Shown here: positions 28,570 to 37,033 of the stretch, one piece after another
Layout: every line of letters begins with the position of its first letter
How positions within the stretch are numbered: position 1 is the stretch's first letter
Source: Planctomycetota bacterium
Lineage (GTDB): Bacteria > Planctomycetota > Planctomycetia > Pirellulales > Thermoguttaceae
Reading direction: 5' to 3'
DNA length: 63,924 nt
NCBI GenBank assembly: GCA_018897395.1
Contig: JAHIKV010000324.1
Location: 1 to 63,924 of the forward strand
Notes under the pieces: model-generated
The model's input: only the letters and a program-made list of their open reading frames with translations
Database searches by the model: none
What the model was told of the DNA's origin: nothing
Made by a program: the position numbers and the translations under genes

Positions 28570-28646
28570 TGGTCGGGGTGGCAGGATTTGAACCTGCGCC
28601 CCCATGGTCCCAAACCATGTGCGCTACCTGACTGCGCCACACCCCG
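28570..28646 (-). tRNA. tRNA-Pro(UGG)
   Basis: Loop UU-UGG-GA, CCA encoded. Confidence 0.85.
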
Positions 28647-28655
28647 ATGATTTTC

Positions 28656-28731
28656 TGGAGCGACCGGCGGGTCTTGAACCCGCGACCTCAACCCTGGCAA
28701 GGTTGCGCTCTACCGTCTGAGCTACGGTCGC
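28656..28731 (-). tRNA. tRNA-Gly(GCC)
   Basis: Loop UU-GCC-AG, CCA encoded. Confidence 0.85.
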
Positions 28732-28732
28732 T

Positions 28733-28807
28733 TGGAGCGAGCAAAGGGGTTCGAACCCTTATGGCCGACTTGGAAGGCCGGGGCTCTACCGATTGAGCTA
28801 TGCTCGC
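28733..28807 (-). tRNA. tRNA-Gly(UCC)
   Basis: Loop CU-UCC-AA, CCA encoded. Confidence 0.85.
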
Positions 28808-28883
28808 TGGTGGAACCGGTCGGGATCGAACCGACAACCTCCTGGTTGCAAACCAGGTGCTCTCCCGATTGAGCTACAGTCCC
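28808..28883 (-). tRNA. tRNA-Ala(UGC)
   Basis: Loop UU-UGC-AA, G3:U70 identity pair present, CCA encoded. Confidence 0.9.
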
Positions 28884-28887
28884 GCGA

Positions 28888-28963
28888 TGGTCGGCCCGGC
28901 AAGAATCGAACTTGCAATCTACCGGTTAAGAGCCGGTTGCTCTGCCAATTGAGCTACGGGCCG
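28888..28963 (-). tRNA. tRNA-Lys(CUU)
   Basis: Loop CU-CUU-AA, CCA encoded. Confidence 0.85.
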
Positions 28964-28964
28964 A

Positions 28965-29039
28965 TGGTAGCGGCGGTGGGGATCGAACCCACGACCTCCA
29001 GGGTATGAACCTGGTGAGCTAACCACTGCTCCACGCCGC
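28965..29039 (-). tRNA. tRNA-Met(CAU), elongator type
   Basis: Loop UU-CAU-AC, paired 1:72, no GGG/CCC anticodon stem, CCA encoded. Confidence 0.8.
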
Positions 29040-29044
29040 ATTGT

Positions 29045-29119
29045 TGGGGTGACCTACCGGAATCGCACCGGCACCTCCAGGGCCACGGCCTGACGCTCTT
29101 CTATTGAGCTAAGGTCACC
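29045..29119 (-). tRNA. tRNA-His(GUG), C33 and atypical T-loop
   Basis: Encoded G-1 opposite C73, loop CC-GUG-GC (C33), T-loop UGCGAUU, CCA encoded. Confidence 0.7.
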
Positions 29120-29123
29120 TCGT

Positions 29124-29200
29124 TGGCTGCGGTGGCAAGATTCGAACTTGCGACACGGCGGTTAACAGCCGCCTGCTCTACCACTGAGCTACACCGCAGC
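29124..29200 (-). tRNA. tRNA-Asn(GUU)
   Basis: Loop CU-GUU-AA, CCA encoded. Confidence 0.85.
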
Positions 29201-29350
29201 GTTGCCCGACCCCACTCGAGAGGTCGGGCTTGCCGTTGACCGCCCTGGCCGATCACGTTACCTTAATACTGCTGCAAACGCTCTTGCTTCTCTCTTCAAT
29301 CAAACCCCCTTCCTTGCCTTTCTTTGCCAGTCACTCACGCTTTAGTTTTT

Positions 29351-29434
29351 TGGTGGGGATGTCAGGAATCGAACCTGCCTAGTCATCGACGCCGGGGTTA
29401 CGGCCCGGCACAGCTCCCACGCTGTCGCATCCCC
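29351..29434 (-). tRNA. tRNA-Tyr(GUA), C33 variant
   Basis: Loop CC-GUA-AC (C33), long variable arm as in bacterial tRNA-Tyr, CCA encoded. Confidence 0.7.
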
Positions 29435-29435
29435 T

Positions 29436-29509
29436 TGGAGGCGGAGACAGGAATCGCACCTGCGTGTGCCGGTTTGCAGCCGGCCGCTTTTCTCCTCAGC
29501 CACTCCGCC
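29436..29509 (-). tRNA. tRNA-Cys(GCA), atypical T-loop
   Basis: Loop CU-GCA-AA, T-loop UGCGAUU, CCA encoded. Confidence 0.75.
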
Positions 29510-29510
29510 T

Positions 29511-29584
29511 TGGTGGACCCGGATGGTGATGCTCCACCTCCTCCCGCTTATGAGGCGGGCGTTCTCCTGTTAAACTACGGGTCC
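29511..29584 (-). tRNA. tRNA-Ile2-like (CAU), atypical T-loop
   Basis: Loop CU-CAU-AA. Acceptor and D-arm (GGACCCGUAGUUUAAC) are nearly identical to tRNA-Ile(GAU) at 30085. T-loop AGCAUCA. CCA encoded. Confidence 0.65.
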
Positions 29585-29660
29585 TGGAGCCGGTGGAGGG
29601 CATCGAACCCCCGACCTTGGCATTACAAGTGCCCTGCTCTGCCATCTGAGCTACACCGGC
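29585..29660 (-). tRNA. tRNA-Thr(UGU)
   Basis: Loop CU-UGU-AA, CCA encoded. Confidence 0.85.
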
Positions 29661-29664
29661 TGTT

Positions 29665-29740
29665 TGGCACCCCCGCGAGGATTTGAACCCCGAACCTCCC
29701 GGGCCGAAACCGGGCGCTCTATCCGTTGAGCTACGGAGGT
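29665..29740 (-). tRNA. tRNA-Arg(UCG)
   Basis: A1-U72, loop UU-UCG-GC, CCA encoded. Confidence 0.8.
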
Positions 29741-29767
29741 ACATGTTGTTTGTCTTTTTCTGCTATT

Positions 29768-29844
29768 TGGAGGCCATCCCCGGACTCGAACCGGGAACAT
29801 CCACCTTAGGAGGGTGACGCTCTGTCCAGTTGAGCTAGATGGCC
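29768..29844 (-). tRNA. tRNA-Arg(CCU)
   Basis: Loop CU-CCU-AA, CCA encoded. Confidence 0.85.
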
Positions 29845-29852
29845 TTTTCCTT

Positions 29853-29929
29853 TGGAGCCCCCGGTCGGACTTGAACCTACAACCTGTGGATTAGAAGTCC
29901 ACCGCTCTATCCAATTGAGCTACGGGGGC
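29853..29929 (-). tRNA. tRNA-Arg(UCU)
   Basis: Loop CU-UCU-AA, CCA encoded. Confidence 0.85.
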
Positions 29930-29930
29930 T

Positions 29931-30005
29931 TGGCGCCCTGTAGGAGAGTCGAACTCCTATCTCCTCCTCGACAGGGAGGTATGCTTGCCACTACACCAAC
30001 AGGGC
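29931..30005 (-). tRNA. tRNA-Asp(GUC)
   Basis: Loop CU-GUC-GA, CCA encoded. Confidence 0.85.
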
Positions 30006-30084
30006 TGGTGGCCTCTGAGGGATTTGAACCCTGCGTTTCCGGGTTGAAAGTCCGGCGTCCTTGACCTGGCTGGACGAAGAGGCC
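30006..30084 (-). tRNA. tRNA-Glu(UUC)
   Basis: Loop CU-UUC-AA, enlarged D-loop, CCA encoded. Confidence 0.8.
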
Positions 30085-30159
30085 TGGTAGACCCGGAAGG
30101 CTTCGAACCCTCGCTTCACCCTAATCAGGGGTGCGTTCTGCCGGTTAAACTACGGGTCT
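30085..30159 (-). tRNA. tRNA-Ile(GAU), U37 variant
   Basis: Stem CACCC/GGGUG, loop CU-GAU-UA (pyrimidine at position 37), CCA encoded. Confidence 0.75.
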
Positions 30160-30347
30160 TTTAGGATGCCTAGCCGCTACCACCCAGGCCACTAAGGACC
30201 GGGGTCCACCCCAAACCGCTTCACTCCTCGCGGCAACACTCCCCGGGTCACACCGGGCGGAGTGCTTTCGGCACCAATACTTTTCCAGCTATTCTTTTTT
30301 CAAGGTTCCGCATCCCGCGTCTTTCCAGCGAGACAGTCACCGACTAT

Positions 30348-30423
30348 TGGTTGCGGGGGCGGGAGTTGCACCCGCACCCTCAGGGTTATGAACCCCGCTG
30401 AGCTGCTCCAGCTCCACCCCGCT
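30348..30423 (-). tRNA. initiator tRNA-fMet(CAU), atypical T-loop
   Basis: A1/A72 mismatch, GGG/CCC pairs closing the anticodon stem, loop UU-CAU-AA, T-loop UGCAACU, 3' end CCCCGCAACCA as in bacterial initiators. Confidence 0.75.
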
Positions 30424-30431
30424 TCATTTCC

Positions 30432-30507
30432 TGGTGGAGGTGGCAGGCCTCGAACCTGCGGCCTCCGGGTTAAAAGCCCGTTGCTCTGCCGTCTGAGCTA
30501 CACCTCC
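30432..30507 (-). tRNA. tRNA-Lys(UUU)
   Basis: Loop CU-UUU-AA, CCA encoded. Confidence 0.85.
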
Positions 30508-30509
30508 GC

Positions 30510-30584
30510 TGGCGGGCCGGGAAGGACTCGAACCTCCACTCTCCGGTTTTGGAGACCGTTGTGTTCCCGTTACACCACCGACCC
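30510..30584 (-). tRNA. tRNA-Trp(CCA)
   Basis: Loop CU-CCA-AA, G73, CCA encoded. Confidence 0.85.
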
Positions 30585-30595
30585 GTACTCCCACT

Positions 30596-30619
30596 AAAAA
30601 ACCGCCCCGTTCGAGGCGG
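30596..30619 (-). terminator. intrinsic terminator-like hairpin 12 nt upstream of the first tRNA
   Basis: RNA CCGCC-UCGAACGG-GGCGG followed by UUUUUU. tRNA-Trp starts at 30584. Confidence 0.6.
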
Positions 30620-30881
30620 CCTTGAGGAGTAATCCGTCAAAGAGTCACGTTACGCCCCCCGACCACCGCCTTCCCGTACGCCCTCGAAATAACCTGTGAG
30701 GGCACAAATCGGGTCCCAGGTCCCTGATGGCACCGTCTGGTGCTTCAAGGTTTTCCTCGCTATTCCATTCAGTTGTCGTGCTCTTCGTTTCACCATCAAC
30801 CTTCCGCTTTTCGTTCCCTGTCTATACAAACGCTTTCCATTCTGCGCTTGTTCCCAGTCAACACCTTTCTCTACAATAACT

Positions 30882-30910
30882 ATAATACTATCGCCATGAT
30901 AGTGAGTCAA
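30882..30910 (-). promoter_or_regulatory. element-type promoter heading the leader and tRNA array
   Basis: GTTGACTCACTATCATGGCGATAG-TATTAT (TTGACT, 17 nt, TATTAT). Confidence 0.65.
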
Positions 30911-30977
30911 CCGTCATTTCAACAATAATGTCCCTGATATTTTTCATGCCTGATGAATCTCCACCCGCTATTGCGGC

Positions 30978-31262
30978 TTATATCTTCTTCGCCGGCCTTC
31001 CGGCAGACTTCTTCTTTGCTGGTTTCTTAGCAGCCTTCTTCTTTGCGGGAGCTTTCCGCTTCTTCGCGGCCGCCCTCTTCTTGGCCGGTTTTTTCGCAAC
31101 CTTCTTTTCTACCGCACTTATCCTTGCGTCCAGCTCCTTTATGTCCTGGGTAGTAGCTACTCCAACCGTGTTCAGGGCCTTCCGCATTGCCCCGACTACC
31201 GCATCGTCCAACTCGCTCCTGATCTCTTCTATGGACTTCGTTACCTTCTTTTTCTCAGCCAT
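30978..31262 (-). CDS. histone-H1-like Lys/Ala-rich DNA-binding protein with phasin-like N-terminus
   Basis: 94 aa. Helical N-terminus (TTQDIKELDARISAVEKKV), then a KKPAKKRAAAKKRKAPAKKKAAKKPAKKK tail. Confidence 0.6.
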   Translation of the reverse strand: MAEKKKVTKSIEEIRSELDDAVVGAMRKALNTVGVATTQDIKELDARISAVEKKVAKKPAKKRAAAKKRKAPAKKKAAKKPAKKKSAGRPAKKI

Positions 31263-31372
31263 CCGTACCCCTCCTTATACGTATGTGTATACAGCAGGAT
31301 TTATTATACACGAAGGTGTCACGTTGCTGTATTATTGCGCAGTTTCGTCTACCTGCTTGCAGTGTTCAATCT

Positions 31373-31873
31373 TTATTCTTCTGCCAAGCCCCACAATAGT
31401 TCCTTCACCAACTCTTCTCGCTTGTATCCCAGCCCCAACCTGTAAACCCCTATCAGAAGAACGGTTGCACCGCCGGCAATCCAGTAGATCAGATGTTGTA
31501 CTGCCCTGTCCTGATCTTCTAGTTCGTATCTGTCCATGTCGTACTCATCGTCCAGCGAGTACTCCCTCCCGTTTCTTTTGCTTCGCCACCTCTTTGCCCT
31601 AAAGGTATCTTCCGCTACTTCGATACTCTCAAGTACGGTATCTCCACTCTGGTAGACATAGTGCTGCCCTCCCGCCGGCAACTTCCAGTTAATCAAGACA
31701 AGTGCTATGAATACACCGACCGCGACCACGACTATTGCTGTCACAAGCGTATTTCTCGTGGATTGCAACTCATCGTTTGCCTTCGCTATTGCGGCATCGT
31801 CACCCCTTCCCCCCACATCTCTCTGGTCTATGGGTTCGCCGCCCTTTTTTGCCCAGTAAAGTACGCCTCTCAA
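31373..31873 (-). CDS. two-TM membrane protein, unknown function
   Basis: 166 aa with hydrophobic segments VTAIVVVAVGVFIALVLI and IAGGATVLLIGVY. Confidence 0.5.
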   Translation of the reverse strand: MRGVLYWAKKGGEPIDQRDVGGRGDDAAIAKANDELQSTRNTLVTAIVVVAVGVFIALVLINWKLPAGGQHYVYQSGDTVLESIEVAEDTFRAKRWRSKRNGREYSLDDEYDMDRYELEDQDRAVQHLIYWIAGGATVLLIGVYRLGLGYKREELVKELLWGLAEE

Positions 31874-31930
31874 TCTCTCACTCCCGTCCTTTCCCCCAGC
31901 AGTTCATCCCCCTTACAATACCACTCGTCG

Positions 31931-33973
<2,043 letters not shown>

Positions 33974-33980
33974 CTATATG

Positions 33981-34009
33981 ATAATACGATGGTACGGATT
34001 GTAGGTCAA
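33981..34009 (-). promoter_or_regulatory. element-type promoter (ligA)
   Basis: GTTGACCTACAATCCGTACCATCG-TATTAT. Confidence 0.7.
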
Positions 34010-34031
34010 CCTTGAGGACGTCAATTACCCA

Positions 34032-34388
34032 TCAGGGTTTCAGTCTTGAGGTAACAAAGTTGTTGTCCCAGTGTAAGTCCTTCCGCGTACACCGGGTCGC
34101 CGACCCCCAGTCCCTTCGAGCAGCCTCTATGCACTGCTCTCTAGCCACGCCGCATATTCCTTCGCACACCACGGGTGGAAAATCGCCGCCCCCTATGATC
34201 TGATAGCAGTTCTCGCAACAACTCATCCACTTTTGTGGCCTGTTCTTATTCTTGAAATGCTTCGGGCAGTCCCTCCCCCCTTGGGCTTCATCCCCGCACC
34301 ACGCGTCATCGTAGTTCTTACACTCGAAGCGGTTGCCCGGTTTCATGAGCACACTTTTGTCCTCGCGCACCTTAAGCGACATCTTCAA
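34032..34388 (-). CDS. Cys-rich hypothetical protein
   Basis: 118 aa with 12 Cys (CCENC, CEGIC). Confidence 0.45.
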   Translation of the reverse strand: MKMSLKVREDKSVLMKPGNRFECKNYDDAWCGDEAQGGRDCPKHFKNKNRPQKWMSCCENCYQIIGGGDFPPVVCEGICGVAREQCIEAARRDWGSATRCTRKDLHWDNNFVTSRLKP

Positions 34389-34608
34389 CCTTTCCGAAAT
34401 CCTCGTAGGCGAATATCTCGGTCATCGCCAGTTCGTTGTCAGCCGCGTTGAACACGTCCACTATCACCCCGATTGGAGGCCTGTCGTCATCTTCCTTCAC
34501 CTCTATGTGCAGTTTCTGCTCCTTGGTGACCTCGCAGAACGCCTCCACGATAACCCTGCCGCCATCCCCCCGAGTAACTTTTAGCACTGCCTTCTCCCTT
34601 CGTTTCAA
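34372..34608 (-). CDS. hypothetical protein
   Basis: 78 aa. The TTG start is very close to the predicted transcription start. Confidence 0.4.
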   Translation of the reverse strand: MKRREKAVLKVTRGDGGRVIVEAFCEVTKEQKLHIEVKEDDDRPPIGVIVDVFNAADNELAMTEIFAYEDFGKVEDVA

Positions 34609-34619
34609 CTTGTGATTAC

Positions 34620-34648
34620 ATCATACGTTGCCGTAGATTGTACGTCAA
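34620..34648 (-). promoter_or_regulatory. element-type promoter
   Basis: ATTGACGTACAATCTACGGCAACG-TATGAT. Confidence 0.65.
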
Positions 34649-34666
34649 TCTATCCCCCTTTTCGTT

Positions 34667-34696
34667 ATGACTAATTGACAATTCAGTAAGTATAAT
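34667..34696 (+). promoter_or_regulatory. possible divergent promoter for a non-coding transcript
   Basis: ATGACT, 18 nt, TATAAT. No plausible ORF follows. Confidence 0.4.
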
Positions 34697-34702
34697 GTAT
34701 CA

Positions 34703-34835
34703 TGTAATTGCCCGTTCAGCGGGCGCACTGGGATTGTCCTCCCGGTGTATGACGTCACCTCCAAGGGGTCGCTTCCGAGCGGCTCCGCCGGGCGCTAAAG
34801 CTTAGCCCCCAGCCGAGTCGCTGGGGGTGATTTCA
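34703..34835 (+). ncRNA. candidate small RNA (~130 nt)
   Basis: Downstream of the promoter above. Hairpins GCCCG-UUCA-GCGGGC and AGCCCCCAGC-CGAGUC-GCUGGGGGU, followed by GAUUUCAUCU. The longest ORF is 18 codons. Confidence 0.35.
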
Positions 34836-35036
34836 TCTCTGGACAATGCGTTAGGTCTAAAAACACATTAGAGCCTGTCAGGGGCTAGACCATGTTGTGC
34901 CAAATCGTTCCACTTCACACTATATGTTGCCAATATTGTGCATGGTAACGCATGTTTACGCACATAGGGGTTAACAAATAATTAGCAATGTAACTCTGGG
35001 GGTTTTTGCTCAGCAAACAGCCTTCTAGCTTGCTTG

Positions 35037-35261
35037 CTACAGCTCACAAAGCGCTCTTTCCAGGTACTTGATCATTAGTGGCACCTGGTCCTCCCTCAGT
35101 CGCAGTCCCTTCTTGGTTGGGCCTTCATAATCATCCTTGGAAACATACTCTCTCGCGTCAATATAGGGCCCGTATTTCCCCTCCCCTTTGGTCACCACCA
35201 CGTAGGATCCGTATTGGTTCTTCGCGAACTCGGCTACGTGCCCGTCTATGTGCTCGAACAC
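35037..35261 (-). CDS. PC4/YdbC-like ssDNA-binding protein (putative)
   Basis: 74 aa. YIDAREYV...GPTKKGLRLREDQVPLMIKYLE resembles bacterial PC4-fold YdbC proteins. Confidence 0.5.
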   Translation of the reverse strand: MFEHIDGHVAEFAKNQYGSYVVVTKGEGKYGPYIDAREYVSKDDYEGPTKKGLRLREDQVPLMIKYLERALCEL

Positions 35262-35541
35262 GCTTTCCCCCTTTCCACTTCAACGCGCTCTAGGTTTCTC
35301 ACAAGCGACATCCAGATTATTCTCTCCCTTGTCCCCTTGTCGTCCCAATCCGTTTCCCGAACCAGTTCCACCACCACCGATTCTCCACCCAGGTGGTCCT
35401 TTACAACGTCCCCCCGCTTGCCATGTCTGCTAAAGTCACCCTCTCAGATGGTGTTCCCGGCGCAAGCACCTCGTCACCCTCTTCTGTTGTCGTGGCCTTC
35501 CCGTATATCACGATGGAGATACGCCGCTCTTGTTCATCCAC
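35246..35541 (-). CDS. hypothetical protein interrupted at a G6 run (two frames)
   Basis: GTG 35541 with an AAGGGAGG RBS opens frame 1, which stops at 35403-35401. Frame 2 (35410 to TAG 35248-35246) has no start of its own. The two frames meet at the G6 run (C6 on the plus strand, 35410-35415). Confidence 0.4.
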
Positions 35542-35962
35542 GGGTCGCCTCCCTTTGTTCAATGTCTCCCGGGTATGCCGCATAGTCACCCATGCTCGTC
35601 TGGCTGTCGTCCAGCCAGTCAAGCCCTATCCAGCTGAGCCTCTCGCAAAGCTTCTTCCATCCCCGCCCTTCTCGGGTGCCGTCGCACTTGTAGGAGAAGC
35701 GGTCCATGAGCAGTTTGAGGCCTGCCCTTCTCTGCTCTGGTGTGGCCTCGTAGGGGAACCTTGTGCAGTAACTTGCATCATCCAGGTCTTCCCATTCCTT
35801 GTACTCAGGGTTCCAGCGCGAGAAGTAAAAGCGGAGCAACGCTTTGTCCTGGGGATCCTTTTCGTTGTAATAGCCGCAATATCCCTCGCCGATATACTGC
35901 CACTCGACCTTTAGGTCTTCCTGTACAAGTTCGTCACAGTCGGGTTCGACAGCCTCTTTCAT
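35534..35962 (-). CDS. hypothetical protein
   Basis: Started at ATG 35962 (MKEAVEPD), overlapping the upstream stop as TAATG. Confidence 0.5.
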   Translation of the reverse strand: MKEAVEPDCDELVQEDLKVEWQYIGEGYCGYYNEKDPQDKALLRFYFSRWNPEYKEWEDLDDASYCTRFPYEATPEQRRAGLKLLMDRFSYKCDGTREGRGWKKLCERLSWIGLDWLDDSQTSMGDYAAYPGDIEQREATRG

Positions 35963-36321
35963 TATTGCCCCCGTTTGTTGTCCCGCAGCGCGGCGTATAT
36001 CGCTTCGCTCCCTGCCAGCCAGTATGATGCACCCCTCATGCCGGAACTGTTGAAGCATTGGTCGACCAACTCCTGCGCCCGGTCTTCGCTGTAGGACTCC
36101 ATGCTGGCAGCGTCTTCCCTCTCCATGACTACGGTTATCATCCCTTTGCTGTCGGCCCCGGCCTCTTCGGCCACCTCAAATGCCCTGAGGACTCTTGCTC
36201 CTCGCCCTGTTGCTTCTTTGAACTTCTCTTCATCTGGCATCGAGTTGATGTCCTCACAGACCACATCCGCGAAATCATCCGCTTCCTTCTCCTGCATTCG
36301 TACTTCTATACCCTTTGTCAT
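35962..36321 (-). CDS. hypothetical acidic protein
   Basis: 119 aa, in an operon with its neighbours. Confidence 0.5.
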   Translation of the reverse strand: MTKGIEVRMQEKEADDFADVVCEDINSMPDEEKFKEATGRGARVLRAFEVAEEAGADSKGMITVVMEREDAASMESYSEDRAQELVDQCFNSSGMRGASYWLAGSEAIYAALRDNKRGQ

Positions 36322-36333
36322 GGGTACACCCTC

Positions 36334-36963
36334 CTAGATATACGCCGGGTCGTGCTGTCTTTTGAGCGCGGTCCTTATTGTGTTGTGCGCTCTCTTGAGA
36401 TGCCCCTCCAGGGGGACCCCTGAATCCAGCAGCCCCTCTATTGCCGTAGATATGGCCTGGGCGTCTTCTCGCATCAGGCTTATTTCTACCTGCTTGTTGC
36501 CAAACGTTTCCTTGAGTGTATGTTGCCATCCAAGCGACACTATCAGCGCATCCCTTGCCTGCTCGAACTGCTCTGCATTTTCTGCCGGCGTCAGGGCGGG
36601 TCTTCCGTATTCGAGACTCTCCCCCTCTTCATGCACGTGCCGCAGGTACTCCGCGCAGTAATCCATCTCATAGGTGACATGTTCCGCCTCGTCTGTCTTG
36701 AGGACCACCGTTACAACCTCGTTGTCGTTTCCAGTAAGCGCGTCCTCTGACGCGTCCGCCGTCCCCTTGAAAAGCGCGGCTGTTGCCAGCTCTTCATCGT
36801 TTGATTCCATTCCTAGGCGCAGGATATCTTTTGCCCGACGTTCCATCTCGTCTCTCAGGAACTTTGCGTTCCCCCTTGTCATAGAAGCTTCTATCTCAAC
36901 CAACGGGATGCCCCCCTCTCTTATGTGTAATCTTATCGTATGTTCTAAGAGATAGTTGGTCAA
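36334..36963 (-). CDS. hypothetical protein
   Basis: 209 aa. No family recognised. Confidence 0.5.
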   Translation of the reverse strand: MTNYLLEHTIRLHIREGGIPLVEIEASMTRGNAKFLRDEMERRAKDILRLGMESNDEELATAALFKGTADASEDALTGNDNEVVTVVLKTDEAEHVTYEMDYCAEYLRHVHEEGESLEYGRPALTPAENAEQFEQARDALIVSLGWQHTLKETFGNKQVEISLMREDAQAISTAIEGLLDSGVPLEGHLKRAHNTIRTALKRQHDPAYI

Positions 36964-37033
36964 CTGTTGCCGGTGAATATCTGTTTTTGGGAAAGTTTGG
37001 GGCTGTTTCCGGATACTCAGCTATTTGAAGTTG

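Noticed and set aside
27633-30584. Possible CRISPR array, given the regular ~75-90-bp periodicity
   Set aside because: The units are not identical repeats separated by spacers. Each folds as a distinct tRNA. I saw no CRISPR-type repeat anywhere in the window.
30620-30880. T-box or other riboswitch in the tRNA-array leader
   Set aside because: I could find no T-box sequence, specifier-loop context or other recognisable riboswitch core by eye. This is left as an unassigned leader.
30650-30910. 86-aa ORF upstream of the tRNA array
   Set aside because: Its TTG start lies inside the -35 hexamer of the conserved promoter, so the 5' part cannot be on the mRNA. At most a 48-codon internal ORF remains, and that is unconvincing.
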